A stretch of DNA of 64,000 nt from Acetatifactor sp. (GTDB taxonomy: Bacteria; Bacillota; Clostridia; Lachnospirales; Lachnospiraceae), in contig JAZQLH010000029.1 in assembly GCA_045542555.1 (NCBI GenBank), positions 122 to 64,121 of the forward strand, in the 5' to 3' direction. This document shows, in pieces, positions 36,218 through 47,151 of this stretch. The notes beneath the pieces were generated by a model. It was not told the origin of the DNA. It saw only the letters and a program-made list of their open reading frames with translations, and did no database searches. Both the position numbers and the translations under genes were made by a program. How positions within the stretch are numbered: position 1 is the first letter of the stretch; every line of letters starts with the position of its first letter.

Positions 36218-37232
36218 AGCTTTCCTGCAAACCTTCCGTGATATAAAGTACTCCGCCCTCTGTCACCAGAATCATCTCAAAATCGCTGTTCTTCCGCCAA
36301 AAATCTACAGCCCTTTCCTTACCCATAACAAAAAGTGCCGTAGACAGGCCATCACATCTGACACCGCTATCCCCCACAACCGTCACCGACACAAGACCAC
36401 CATCCGCCGGATACCCGTCTACAGGGTCCAAAATATGCCAATATTTCTCGCCGTTTTCTTCAAAATAGCGCTCATAACTGCCTGAGGTTATGACACATTT
36501 GTCAATTACTTCCATCACACCGATTTCCGTTGTATGATTGCTTTTTCCCGTGGAAATAAAAGGATTCCGAACCGCAACCTTCCACGGCGAGCCGTCAGGC
36601 TTACTTCCAAGCGTCTGCACATTACCGCCCAAATCCAGCATAGCTGAGGTAACACCATTTTCTCTCAAAATTTGAACCAGACAGTCTCCTGTATAACCCT
36701 TGGCCACTGCCCCCAAGTCAAGCTCTGTGCCCTCCGGCACTTGAATGGATTGACCTTCTGCGATTACATTCCTATAATCCACTTTTTTCAAAAGGATTTC
36801 CAACTCCTGTGCTTTGGGTACCCGGTAGGCATCTGTGGTAAAACCCCAAGCCCGCAAAACCGGATACAGCGTAATATCCAAGGCTCCATTTGTCTCCTCA
36901 CACAGCTCTAAAGCCTGTTTAACCAGTAAGTACATATCCTCATTGACGGTTTCACAAGTGCTTTCATTAATCTTGCTGACATCACTGTCACTTCTGGTCA
37001 CGGACAATATCCCTTCCAGCTCCAAAACCTTATTTTCACACTGCTTAAGAGCAGCTTCTCCCTCCGGCCCGTAGGCACTCATAATAAAGTACGTGTCCAT
37101 GGCAAACAAATACTTCGTATATACGGCCTCATTTTGCTGCGACGTCTGTTGCCCCCGTAGCAGACCAATTACCACTGCAGTTACCGCAAGCACTGCTACC
37201 ACCGCTAAAATTCTCTTCCCTACACTTTTCAT
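36174..37232 (-). CDS. apbE: FAD:protein FMN transferase ApbE
   Basis: N-terminal FAMDT motif and DLGAVAKGY motif. I prefer ATG 37232 (RBS AGGAG). Confidence 0.85.
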   Translation of the reverse strand: MKSVGKRILAVVAVLAVTAVVIGLLRGQQTSQQNEAVYTKYLFAMDTYFIMSAYGPEGEAALKQCENKVLELEGILSVTRSDSDVSKINESTCETVNEDMYLLVKQALELCEETNGALDITLYPVLRAWGFTTDAYRVPKAQELEILLKKVDYRNVIAEGQSIQVPEGTELDLGAVAKGYTGDCLVQILRENGVTSAMLDLGGNVQTLGSKPDGSPWKVAVRNPFISTGKSNHTTEIGVMEVIDKCVITSGSYERYFEENGEKYWHILDPVDGYPADGGLVSVTVVGDSGVRCDGLSTALFVMGKERAVDFWRKNSDFEMILVTEGGVLYITEGLQESFVCSEGWNAEIIKR

Positions 37233-37297
37233 CCAAACTCCTAAAAAGGGCTGCATCCCAAACCCGAAATGCAACCCTTTCATATTTGCTGACTCAA

Positions 37298-37783
37298 TTA
37301 GATGAGTTCCACTCTCTCAAAATATTTTTTCATGATTTCTGCACAGTTTTCAATGCCAAGCTTCGTGGTGTCCAATATCATGTGATAGTTGTTCACATCA
37401 CCCCAAAGCTTCCCGGTATGTTCATTATAATAGGCTGCTCTGGCCTTGTCATTCTGCTCAAGCATGACCTTAGCCTCCTCATAGGACAGGCTCTCCTTGG
37501 CCATAATACGCTGAACGCGATCTTCCTTGTCAGCCACCACATACACATTAAATACATTGGGCTGTCCTGCCAAAATCTCCGAAGCGCAACGACCCAGAAT
37601 AATACAGGGATTCTCTGCAAGCTTTTTGATTGCCTCTGTCTCAGATGCAAAAGTATTCTCCTGCAGCTCATGCTCAATATATGCCTTATCGTACACAGGG
37701 ATATTCAATTTTTCGGACAACTCTTCGGCAATGAGACTTGCTCCGGTTCCGAACCTACGGCTCATGGTAATTACCAAATTCAT
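37298..37783 (-). CDS. Cytidylate kinase-like family protein
   Basis: 161 aa beginning ITMSRRFGTGASLIAEELSEKLNIPVYD. Confidence 0.65.
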   Translation of the reverse strand: MNLVITMSRRFGTGASLIAEELSEKLNIPVYDKAYIEHELQENTFASETEAIKKLAENPCIILGRCASEILAGQPNVFNVYVVADKEDRVQRIMAKESLSYEEAKVMLEQNDKARAAYYNEHTGKLWGDVNNYHMILDTTKLGIENCAEIMKKYFERVELI

Positions 37784-37886
37784 AAAAATCCCCTCCTCCT
37801 ATGTGCATTACATCTTATTCTTCGCCTATCATACCATAGATTTTAGAGTGGTACAAGTAAACCTTAACAAACAAATTTTTCCTGCT

Positions 37887-39254
37887 TTACGTCTCTTTTA
37901 CGGGAAATAATTTCTTACGACCCTTGGCAGAAATCACCGGAAGTGCCAAAAGCAGAGCTTTACATACATTATCTGCAATCATACAGTACCATACTTCGGT
38001 AAGCCCAAGCTGCCAGATTTCCACACATATCCAGGTAAACAGGATTCGTACACCCCACATGCTAAGCGTGGTGACCCAGAATGTATACTTGGTACGCCCA
38101 AGTCCGTAATAAATACCCTCCATTACCACCATCAGACCAAAGAAAGGCTCTGAAAACGCCACCAATCGAAGCATTCCTGCACCAATCCTTGCCACCTCCG
38201 TGCTGTTGGTAAACACACACATCAAAGGATACGCTATCAAATAAAGCACAACGCCGCTTAATACCATCATACCCATGGTAAGTAATACGCTTATGAAACT
38301 TGTATTTTCAAATTTTGTGCGATTGCCCTCTCCCATAGAAATGCCCACCAACGTGGATGTAGCCGTACGAAGTCCATAACCTGGTATGTAGAAAATAGTC
38401 TCCGCCGTCACCGCAATGGAATGAGCCGCAAAAATCGTGGTTCCCATACCTGTCACAAGACTAGCAAACACCACATAGCCCAGACAGGAGGTTACATTGG
38501 TAGCCAGCACCGGAATACTCAGCTTGGCACAATCCGTTAAAATGTCCCTATCCACCTTAAAACACTTCCACTCCCAGTGTAGCAATACGTTCTTACGATA
38601 CGCAATGAACATGAGGCAGCCTGACAGCGTATAGGAAATAGCGGAAGCGATGGCCGCACCGGCCACACCCAGACCAGCAGAATAAATCAATACATAATTG
38701 AGCACCACATTCAATAGGTTGGCACCCAGATTGATAAACATGGGAGTTTTCGTGTCCTTGGTAGCCCGGATAGAAGCCCCCAGAATAGAAGTACAAGCAC
38801 GGAATACCATAGGAATACTAATGATGAAAAAGTAAATGGACGCATCTTTTTGGATTTCTTCCTCTGCACCCATCCATATAGGAATATAGGGACTTAGCAC
38901 CATGGACAGGCAACCCACAATCGCACCGCACCCTACCGCCAGCATCAGCACCTGACTGGAAATCCGTCGAATACGCGCCTTGTCACCGCTGCCCACCGCC
39001 TTGGAGATCATGGATAGTGTGGCAATGCCAAGTGCCGAGCAGATACTGCCCACAAGCCAGGTTATGGTGGTGGTCACGCTGACTGCTGCCGTAGCATTTT
39101 CCCCTAATTTACCTACCATAGCCGTGTCCACATACTGAAGCAGTGTAGCCAACATTTCTTCTAATATCGTAGGTATTGATAAAGTTACCAATGCCTTAAA
39201 AATATGTAGTTTTGTTTCTTGATTTGTATTTTGCATAAACCCATCATAGCACAT
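37887..39254 (-). CDS. MATE-family efflux transporter
   Basis: 455 aa, 12-TM pattern. N-terminus ..PTILEEMLATLLQYVDTAMVGKLG. Confidence 0.85.
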   Translation of the reverse strand: MCYDGFMQNTNQETKLHIFKALVTLSIPTILEEMLATLLQYVDTAMVGKLGENATAAVSVTTTITWLVGSICSALGIATLSMISKAVGSGDKARIRRISSQVLMLAVGCGAIVGCLSMVLSPYIPIWMGAEEEIQKDASIYFFIISIPMVFRACTSILGASIRATKDTKTPMFINLGANLLNVVLNYVLIYSAGLGVAGAAIASAISYTLSGCLMFIAYRKNVLLHWEWKCFKVDRDILTDCAKLSIPVLATNVTSCLGYVVFASLVTGMGTTIFAAHSIAVTAETIFYIPGYGLRTATSTLVGISMGEGNRTKFENTSFISVLLTMGMMVLSGVVLYLIAYPLMCVFTNSTEVARIGAGMLRLVAFSEPFFGLMVVMEGIYYGLGRTKYTFWVTTLSMWGVRILFTWICVEIWQLGLTEVWYCMIADNVCKALLLALPVISAKGRKKLFPVKET

Positions 39255-39300
39255 ATTGGAAATTTTGTGTTATAATTTGATACATAATTGAATTATTTGT

Positions 39301-39412
39301 GTCCGCCGGTGTCCTCTGAGGAGTAGGGCCCTATATAGCCTATCGAGAGACCTTGAAAAACGTTCCGAGATAGGCTATATAGGGCCCTACTCCTCAGAGG
39401 ACACCAGCAGAC
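39301..39412. repeat. Intergenic 44-bp-stem hairpin element, copy C (related to copies A and B through its apical motif)
   Basis: Perfect 37-bp inverted repeat 39308-39344 / 39369-39405, extended to 39301/39412 with two C.A mismatches. The 24-nt loop GAGAGACCTTGAAAAACGTTCCGA contains the reverse complement of GGAACGTT..TTTTCAAGGTC from copies A and B. Confidence 0.85.
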
Positions 39413-39460
39413 CCAAAGAAATAAATTAGGAAAAATTTTACAGAAAGGTCGAATTATCAA

Positions 39461-40840
39461 TTGAGCAAAGCAATCACCAAATCACAAATCAAAGATTTTA
39501 CACAGGGTAATATCCCGAAACAGCTTGTAGTCTTCGCATGTCCTCTGTTTTTATCAAACCTTTTACAGGTAGTATACAATATGGTGGACATGGTTATTGT
39601 GGGTAATCAACTGGGTAAGGTAGGTATTTCCTCCATATCCGTAGGCGGTGATGTATCTCACCTTCTGACCTTTATCGCCATGGGTTTTTCCAGTGCCGGG
39701 CAGGTAATTATTGCGCGACTTATCGGTGCCAAAGAGCGCCACAAAATCGGCACTTTCGTTGGTACCATGGGCGGATTTCTCATGGTCTGTGCCATTATCT
39801 TAAGTGTGTTGGGCCTGATTTTTCAAAATCAGCTTTTAACACTTATGAATACACCTGCTGAAGCCTATGCCGGTGCAGCTGCTTACTCCGCAATCTGCAT
39901 GTGCGGTCTGGTGTTTATCTATGGTTATAATGTTGTCAGTGCCATCATGCGCGGCATGGGCGACTCTAAACATCCCTTTGTTTTTATTAGTATAGCCGCT
40001 GTTTTAAACCTGATTCTGGATGTGGTATTTGTAATAGGAATGGACATGGGTGCCGGCGGCGCCGCCTTGGCGACAGTTATCAGTCAGGCAGTAAGCTTTA
40101 TCTCCTGCACTATCTTTTTGATAAAGAATTCCGAACAATTTGATTTGAATATAAAGTTTGTACAATTTATTAAATGGGACAACGAACTTTTAGGAGACCT
40201 GTTAAAGCTGGGCACGCCCATGGCAATTAAGTCCGCCGCCATTATGTTCTCCAAACTGTTTGTAAACTCTTGGATTAACTCCTACGGTGTGGCGGTTTCT
40301 GCCTTTGCAGGAATTGCCAATAAGCTGTCCTCTATTGCAAACTTAATCTCCAACGCAATGAATACCGCCGGCTCCACCATGGTGGGACAAAACATCGCCG
40401 CCGGAGAATTCGGACGTGTAAAGAAAATTTTGAAAACATTGGCAGTTATCACTCTGGGCGTTGCTACCTTACTTTCTTTGATTATTTGTATCTTTCCGGA
40501 CCAGATTTTCGGACTCTTTATCACAGATGGAGATGCAGATGTACTGGCTATTGCCGGCGGTTACCTGCCCATCGCAGTACTTTTGTTCTTCGGAGCTGCT
40601 CTTCGTGCAGTAATGAATGCCCTGATTAACGGCAGCGGCAACCACCGAATTAACTTTGTCACCGCCATTTTAGATGGCATCATCCTGCGAATCGGCCTGG
40701 CACTGCTCTTTGGTCTGGCGCTTGATATGAAGCATTACGGCTTCTGGCTGGGCGACGCCGTAGCCGGATTTACACCCTTCTGGATCGGTGTGGTGTTCTA
40801 TTTTACGGGATTGTGGAAAAAAGGCAAAAAGGTTATCTGA
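39461..40840 (+). CDS. MATE-family efflux transporter
   Basis: 459 aa (TTG start in track), 12-TM pattern. N-terminus PLFLSNLLQVVYNMVDMVIVG. Confidence 0.85.
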   Translation: MSKAITKSQIKDFTQGNIPKQLVVFACPLFLSNLLQVVYNMVDMVIVGNQLGKVGISSISVGGDVSHLLTFIAMGFSSAGQVIIARLIGAKERHKIGTFVGTMGGFLMVCAIILSVLGLIFQNQLLTLMNTPAEAYAGAAAYSAICMCGLVFIYGYNVVSAIMRGMGDSKHPFVFISIAAVLNLILDVVFVIGMDMGAGGAALATVISQAVSFISCTIFLIKNSEQFDLNIKFVQFIKWDNELLGDLLKLGTPMAIKSAAIMFSKLFVNSWINSYGVAVSAFAGIANKLSSIANLISNAMNTAGSTMVGQNIAAGEFGRVKKILKTLAVITLGVATLLSLIICIFPDQIFGLFITDGDADVLAIAGGYLPIAVLLFFGAALRAVMNALINGSGNHRINFVTAILDGIILRIGLALLFGLALDMKHYGFWLGDAVAGFTPFWIGVVFYFTGLWKKGKKVI

Positions 40841-40841
40841 C

Positions 40842-40881
40842 AAAAAAGGCTATGGCACCTACTGTGTGCCATAGCCTTTTT
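40842..40881. terminator. Bidirectional terminator between convergent MATE and lipoprotein genes
   Basis: AAAAAAGGCTATGGCAC-ctactgt-GTGCCATAGCCTTTTT. Confidence 0.75.
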
Positions 40882-40902
40882 ATCATCATTCATCTTTATA
40901 AA

Positions 40903-42486
40903 TTATCGTCCGTACATATATTTTACTTCTTCAATTCTATTTTCATCACTACTCATATTGATGTATAACAGACAAGGTTCAACTTCACTATAATAATCAG
41001 CATCATTATAGAAGCATTTAGAGCTGCTGTTATAGCTAAAGGAATCTGTTATAACTGCTTCTACATCTTCCTTTGTTGAATTATAGGTAAGGCCACCGGG
41101 GAATACTGCAGATACTCCGCTTGTAGCAGTAATCGTCAGTCTCACTACCTCGCCCTGCTCTATAGGCATGTCATCTGTATCAGATGTACTGGTGATGTTC
41201 ACGATAATTGCCCTTTCATCCTTTACCATGGTTGCAAAGGACAGACCTTGGTGAATCGCTACTTTGTCAGAGTCCTCTGTCAATGTCCAACCATTCGCTG
41301 TAAGGTCAGAAACCAACATGGGGAACTGATACTCCACACCGTCAATCTGAATATAATCGGAACTCCACTGCGTTGGAACAGGTGCTTGAGATGAAGGATC
41401 TGTATTGCCTGCTGTCACAGTTTCATCCATTTCTCCGCCAAGTACTAATGCCAACGCATTCTGTACGGAAAATGGATTATCATAATTATGCGCATAATAT
41501 TCACCACGTATTGCATATCCATCCTTCATCGGAATAAAGAACAATGCCTGGTCCTTCCATTCATTCGTAGAAACCATAATGTCCGTTCCATTTACATTAA
41601 TCTGTTCCGTAGATGCATTCGGATCCCATTCCTCAGCCTTCGCATATTCCTCCATAGAGCCATAATTCTTGGTTATATATGCTTGTATATCAAACTCATC
41701 ATAATATTTTTCATCCAGAAAATCAAAATAGAGAACACTTCCGGATGTGGAAACATTTACATCTGTCACTGTTTCATCATAATCCAGTTCAAATTGTTCC
41801 CCTGAAGGAAAACATACAGTAAGGACATCTCCATCCGTCTCTGCGGTATAATCATGAGTCGGACGTATCTTGGTTCCATCCCCTTCTTCCAAGCCTACAA
41901 AAACGTATCCAAGCATCTCTTCAAAATCTGCATTTCCGTTATAGCCATTACTACGTCCATTATACAAACATAAGCCATTTTCAAGCTCGATAATAAAGTA
42001 ATAGTCTCTGATTTCACCATTAAGCATCACTTCAAAAGCCTTATATTCTATATCACCAACGGTAGCATCTCTCATCTGCGTTACACTGAATTCTTCACCA
42101 TGGTAGCCGTCCATGGTTTCATCATACAACTCCTGTACGGAAGCTGTTTCGCAACTCATTTCCAAAATGGAACCCGGATCGCCGATTAATTCAAAATCTG
42201 CATAAGATGAATTACCGGAATCCTCATCAGACATTTGAATTTTATCCGCATCAAAAGTAATTACTGCAGAGCGAGCTTGTTCATCCTTTCTTCCAAGCAA
42301 GGCAACTACATTGTCAAGACTATCTTTTTCCTCTTTTGTGTCAGTATTTGCTTTGGACGTGTCCTCATTTTTCGTTGCTTTACTACTCTTGCCGTCTGCG
42401 TCTTCCCTATCCGGAGTCTCCGTGCTGCCACATGCCACAAGACCCATCGTTAAAACCAAAAGTGCAATCATTAGTTTCTTTTTCAT
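40903..42486 (-). CDS. Lipoprotein of unknown function
   Basis: Lipobox LVAC, followed by a Lys/Asp/Glu-rich linker. Confidence 0.65.
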   Translation of the reverse strand: MKKKLMIALLVLTMGLVACGSTETPDREDADGKSSKATKNEDTSKANTDTKEEKDSLDNVVALLGRKDEQARSAVITFDADKIQMSDEDSGNSSYADFELIGDPGSILEMSCETASVQELYDETMDGYHGEEFSVTQMRDATVGDIEYKAFEVMLNGEIRDYYFIIELENGLCLYNGRSNGYNGNADFEEMLGYVFVGLEEGDGTKIRPTHDYTAETDGDVLTVCFPSGEQFELDYDETVTDVNVSTSGSVLYFDFLDEKYYDEFDIQAYITKNYGSMEEYAKAEEWDPNASTEQINVNGTDIMVSTNEWKDQALFFIPMKDGYAIRGEYYAHNYDNPFSVQNALALVLGGEMDETVTAGNTDPSSQAPVPTQWSSDYIQIDGVEYQFPMLVSDLTANGWTLTEDSDKVAIHQGLSFATMVKDERAIIVNITSTSDTDDMPIEQGEVVRLTITATSGVSAVFPGGLTYNSTKEDVEAVITDSFSYNSSSKCFYNDADYYSEVEPCLLYINMSSDENRIEEVKYMYGR

Positions 42487-42599
42487 AGGCTTCTCCTTTG
42501 CAAATAATTTTATTAAATTATACTACAAAATGTCCTATTATTCAACGAAATTGTTATTTTTTTATCAAAAAAGGAACCCTATAAAGGGTTCCTCAATTC

Positions 42600-42869
42600 C
42601 TACAAACTTGCCGTTGTAAACTGGCTCTTTACCTGGGCCACTTCCTGCTCAGTCGCCTTGGCTGCAGGCACATAATACTGCTTATCCTTGGCAATCTGAT
42701 AAATCTCCTCCTGAGACTGCTCGCAAGCATTACGAAACTGCTTCAAAGTCTGCTTAAGCTCCTTGTTTTCACACTGAGTAATCATTTCCGCATAGCGGGT
42801 CAACTCGCTGTTGATACCTGCCAAAGTGTCGGAAACCATAGTCTTTTCCTGCATCTGCATAACTTTCAC
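42600..42869 (-). CDS. Coat F-like spore coat protein
   Basis: 89 aa. DTLAGINSELTRYAEMITQCENKELKQTLKQFRNACEQSQEEIYQIA resembles the Coat_F helical pattern. Confidence 0.6.
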   Translation of the reverse strand: MKVMQMQEKTMVSDTLAGINSELTRYAEMITQCENKELKQTLKQFRNACEQSQEEIYQIAKDKQYYVPAAKATEQEVAQVKSQFTTASL

Positions 42870-42883
42870 CTCTCACCTTCTGA

Positions 42884-43069
42884 TTAATCCAAAAACTTCA
42901 TAAGCTGCTGCTTATTTTCCATTGCGGACTTGGCACCCTTCTCAAAAAACTGCTTTACCTGGGTGTCAGTTGCCTCCTTGGCATACTCCTGCATCTTGCA
43001 ATGGGAAGTATCAAAGCCGCCGATGAGATGACGAATGTTCTGCAATTCAAGCTCTGAAATATTGCTCAT
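42884..43069 (-). CDS. Small helical protein paired with the Coat F-like gene
   Basis: I prefer ATG 43069 (RBS GGAGGG), giving MSNISELELQNIRHLIGGFD.. The gene is immediately upstream of the Coat F-like gene. Confidence 0.5.
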   Translation of the reverse strand: MSNISELELQNIRHLIGGFDTSHCKMQEYAKEATDTQVKQFFEKGAKSAMENKQQLMKFLD

Positions 43070-43294
43070 ATTCCCTCCGTTTCTGAAGTCCGACAAAGTT
43101 GCCGACTTCCTGGTTTGCGTTATTTTACGAAGGTATTATTTGCAGAAAATGAAATTTTTACTCTAAAAAAGCAAGATAACTTTTTCCTTTTGCCACTTTT
43201 TATCCGATTCCATGGACAACCACCTGATTTAAAGCTATAATATTAAGGATTAACGGACAACTCATAGTTCATTGGCCGGAGGACTTATTATTTC

Positions 43295-44872
43295 ATGAAA
43301 AAAACAAAACTTACCTTTTGGATTATATTACTTGCAGCCTTTGCTGTCAGAATCATAGGAATCGCCACAGTTCCGGCGGGTATCAATCAGGACGAAGCCA
43401 TGGGAGCGGTGGATGCCTGGGCACTTTCTATGTATGGCACTGACCGCTACGGTACTTTTTTGCCGGTGCATTTTACAGCCTGGCGCTACAGCCAGATGAG
43501 TGTACTACTGGCATATCTTATGATTCCTTTTATCAAGCTTTTGGGCTTCAATATCTATGCCATCCGCCTGCCGATGGTACTTATGAGCACCATGGGAATT
43601 GCACTGATTTACCTGATTTCCAAGAAATTTTTCTCTGAAAAAACAAGTCTTTTTATTATGGCACTGGCAGCCATTAACCCTTGGCACTTTATGCAGAGTC
43701 GTTGGGCGTTAGACTGTAATCTGTTCCCCCATGTGTTCCTACTGGCATTCTACTTGTTACTCTTGGGACTGGAGAAAAAGCGCTATCTGTATTTGTCTAT
43801 GATAGCCTTTGGCCTGACCTTTTACTGTTACGGAATTGCGGTGTACAGCGTACCTGTATTCTTGTTTGTGTATGCCGGCTGGTGTCTTTGGAAGAAACAA
43901 CTACCTTTCAAAGATATCTTAATTAGTATTGTGATTTTCCTGGCTGTAGCTCTGCCGGAAATTATTACCATGGCACTGAATGTACTTCATCGTCCCAGTA
44001 TTGAAACGCCTCTCTTTACTATGCCTTACTTCCCGGCAAGCACCAGAGGAAATGATATTCTGTTTATGAATTTTTCCTTTGCACAGCTGGGAAAAAATGT
44101 TATGGCAATGATAAAGCAGGTATTTATACAGATGCCGGATTCCTTGTTTAATACACTGCCGGCTTTCGGCCCTCTGTACCATATATCCATTCCTTTTATT
44201 CTCATCGGAATTGTACAGTTTACCAGAAGGCTCTTTACCGAAAAGGATATTAAGAAGCAGACGGTCGACCTGGCACTCTGGGGATTTCTGATTACCGGCA
44301 TCTGGGTTGGCATTATCACTTATGAAGTAAACGTAAACCGCATTAATATTATCTTTTATCCGCTAATTATATTGTGCGGATACGGTGTATGGCAGACCGT
44401 AAAATGGTGCGGCAAACATGGTCAGAAGTTAAGAAACATTTTGATTATTGCTTACAGCGTGTTCGGAATCGGGTTTTTCACACAGTATTTTACGGATTTT
44501 GCAGAAGATATTCAGATGTATTTCAATGTGGATTTTCTGGAAATCACCGAGACTGCTGATCAGATGGCAGAATATGACTCTCTCTACATCACCAGCAACA
44601 TGGGCTGGCAAACCAACCCCGACATGGCAGAGATTCTGACACAGTACAGTTGTAAAATTGATGCACAATATTATCAGGAAAAATCCTCCATTACACAGGG
44701 ACGGGAGTTGCTTCCCTACACAGAAAGATACCACTTTGTACACATGAAAGACCAGACCTTTGAAGATAAGGATAGTATCTATGTGATTCATCAAAGCGAG
44801 ACAGCGTATCTGCCCGCAGATTATAAGGTTCTTGATGAAAACGATTCCTTTATGATTATAAAAATATCTTAA
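43295..44872 (+). CDS. GT39/ArnT-like polytopic membrane glycosyltransferase (second copy)
   Basis: 525 aa with many TM segments. First-loop acidic motif GINQDEAMGAVDAW. Confidence 0.7.
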   Translation: MKKTKLTFWIILLAAFAVRIIGIATVPAGINQDEAMGAVDAWALSMYGTDRYGTFLPVHFTAWRYSQMSVLLAYLMIPFIKLLGFNIYAIRLPMVLMSTMGIALIYLISKKFFSEKTSLFIMALAAINPWHFMQSRWALDCNLFPHVFLLAFYLLLLGLEKKRYLYLSMIAFGLTFYCYGIAVYSVPVFLFVYAGWCLWKKQLPFKDILISIVIFLAVALPEIITMALNVLHRPSIETPLFTMPYFPASTRGNDILFMNFSFAQLGKNVMAMIKQVFIQMPDSLFNTLPAFGPLYHISIPFILIGIVQFTRRLFTEKDIKKQTVDLALWGFLITGIWVGIITYEVNVNRINIIFYPLIILCGYGVWQTVKWCGKHGQKLRNILIIAYSVFGIGFFTQYFTDFAEDIQMYFNVDFLEITETADQMAEYDSLYITSNMGWQTNPDMAEILTQYSCKIDAQYYQEKSSITQGRELLPYTERYHFVHMKDQTFEDKDSIYVIHQSETAYLPADYKVLDENDSFMIIKIS

Positions 44873-44949
44873 CTCAAGTAATACACAAAAAGCACCTGGA
44901 AATTGGCGGTTATCCACCAAATCCCGGTGCTTTCTTATTCTATCCTCTT

Positions 44950-47151
44950 TTATTCTGCTCTCTTTTTCAGTTCTGCGAATCGCCTGTCAATCTCCACCTG
45001 CATGCGCTCCACCACATCTGCATATTCTTCCTTCTGCAAATGTTTCGTGCGACCCATCATGGAAAGCCAGTCAAGCACAGGAATCTTCTTGCCGGTTTTC
45101 TCCGGGTCATAAGAAAGCCTGGTAACACCCTGCTCCACATCATAAAGCGGGAAATAACAGCTATTTACCGCAGCTTCAATGACCTTACGCTCCGTGGCTG
45201 GCTTGTCGTTCCAGTTCAAAGGACAGGCAGAAATAGCCTTCACATAGGCTGTACCCGTAGTCTTTGCATAGTATGCCGCCTTAGCCGCCTTTTTGATAAA
45301 GTCCGTGGGGTTTGATTCTGCCACAGTTGCCACATAAGGAATTCCTGTAGCTGCCATAATCTGAGGCATATCCTTGTTAAAAAAGGTCTTACCGTACTGC
45401 TCTTTACCCACATGGGAAGTGGAGCTTCGGGCACCCATGGGCGTAGAATAGGACAATTGGTAACCTGTGTTCATATAGCCGCCATTGTCATACTCAAAGA
45501 TAAGCAGCCTATGGCCGCGAAGAGCCGTTCCGATAGCAGAGCCCATACCAATATCCATGCCGCCGTCACCGCTGACCATGACAAAAATAATGTCTCCGGG
45601 CGGGATTTCGCCCTTCTTTTGCTTGCGGTAACAGATTTCTGCCACACCACTTAAGGTCGCCGCACCGTTTTGAAATAAATTATGCAGATATGGCACCTTA
45701 AAGCTGGTTCTGGGGTAAGCTGTGGTCACAATCATGCCACAACCTGTCTGGAACAGAAAGACTACAGGATCTTCTATTCCACGAAGCAACAGGTTCAAAT
45801 TCACAGGAATACCACAACCGGGACAGGCGCCATGTCCGGGTGCGATTCGTCCCGGCATGGCAGTAACCGCATTTAAAGTACCTCCCGTAACTTTACCATT
45901 CTCCACCTTAGTAGCCCCGATATTGGTGCGCCCGGCAGTCACAGGTTCAAATAAAGGCTCACCCTCTGCCTTATTATCCTCTCCGGGTGTAATTCCGTAA
46001 TAATCAAAATCCGACTTGGTGTGGTCTGCTGCCCAAGCCAGCATGGTCTTGGCATCCTCCTTGAAGAAATCCTTGCCGCCCAGACCGTAAACCAGACTTT
46101 TTACTTTGGCATTACTGCCCGTCTTTTGCAAAGCTGCACGCACTTCCAAAGACAGATTACCGCCTCCTGCACCATAGCTGTCCTGTCTGTCCGCCACCAA
46201 AATATTGGTACTGTGGCCAATCATCTCCGCCAGCTCATTACCGGGAAAAGGTCTGAGCACATGTAAAGTAGCTACGCCTACTTTTGCACCGTCAGCCCTC
46301 ATTTCCGCCACGGCATCAATGGACGTATCATAGGAGGAACCCAACAGCACCAGCAAATCCTCGGCATCCTCGCAGTGTGTTCCCTCCACTTTTCCATAAT
46401 TTCTTCCGGAAAGCTCCCCATAGGAGTCAAAAAGCTCCGGTAGCAGTTTGTCTGCCTGCTCCATGGCCAGATGTAACTGATATCTGTTATTGATGATATC
46501 CGGTTCATTCATATAGGAGCCCACCGTAATGGGATGTTCCAAATCCAAGAAAGGATATTCTTCTGTCTTGGGGCCAATATAGTTTTTTACAATATTATCA
46601 TCCTCAAAGCGCAGACAACGACCCTTTTGATGGCTTGTAAAAAATCCATCATAGGCCACTACTACAGGAAGACGTACCTGCTCCGCAAGCTTCAATGCAA
46701 TAATGTTAAAATCATAGACCTGCTGCACAGTACTGGCAAATAGAATAGGCCAGCCGGCATTCAAGATATACATAAGATCACTGTGGTCGCCCTTGATAGA
46801 CAAGGGACCGGAAACGGTTCTGCACACCACATTCATCACCATAGGATATCTGGTGCCGGACTGCACCGGAAATTGCTCAATGGCATAGAGAAGTCCGTTG
46901 GCACTGGTGGCATTGATTACACGGCCACCTGCCACAGACGCACCATAGCAGATACCTGCTGCACTGTGTTCACCTTCTGCTGCTACCATGACCAAATCCG
47001 TCTTACCGTTTGCCCGCATGATATCCAGATTTTCCGCAATCTGAGTGGAGGGAGTAATGGGATAATAACCCATAAGATCATATCCGATTTGTTTGATTGC
47101 GATAGCCGCCATCTCGTTACCGGAAGCATATTCCAAAACCTGATTTTCCAT
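44950..47151 (-). CDS. 2-oxoacid:ferredoxin oxidoreductase, fused alpha-beta subunit
   Basis: N-terminal POR-alpha-like GYYPITPSTQIAE. C-terminal TPP-binding beta part CPGCG.. and SGDGGMDIGM. Confidence 0.85.
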   Translation of the reverse strand: MENQVLEYASGNEMAAIAIKQIGYDLMGYYPITPSTQIAENLDIMRANGKTDLVMVAAEGEHSAAGICYGASVAGGRVINATSANGLLYAIEQFPVQSGTRYPMVMNVVCRTVSGPLSIKGDHSDLMYILNAGWPILFASTVQQVYDFNIIALKLAEQVRLPVVVAYDGFFTSHQKGRCLRFEDDNIVKNYIGPKTEEYPFLDLEHPITVGSYMNEPDIINNRYQLHLAMEQADKLLPELFDSYGELSGRNYGKVEGTHCEDAEDLLVLLGSSYDTSIDAVAEMRADGAKVGVATLHVLRPFPGNELAEMIGHSTNILVADRQDSYGAGGGNLSLEVRAALQKTGSNAKVKSLVYGLGGKDFFKEDAKTMLAWAADHTKSDFDYYGITPGEDNKAEGEPLFEPVTAGRTNIGATKVENGKVTGGTLNAVTAMPGRIAPGHGACPGCGIPVNLNLLLRGIEDPVVFLFQTGCGMIVTTAYPRTSFKVPYLHNLFQNGAATLSGVAEICYRKQKKGEIPPGDIIFVMVSGDGGMDIGMGSAIGTALRGHRLLIFEYDNGGYMNTGYQLSYSTPMGARSSTSHVGKEQYGKTFFNKDMPQIMAATGIPYVATVAESNPTDFIKKAAKAAYYAKTTGTAYVKAISACPLNWNDKPATERKVIEAAVNSCYFPLYDVEQGVTRLSYDPEKTGKKIPVLDWLSMMGRTKHLQKEEYADVVERMQVEIDRRFAELKKRAE

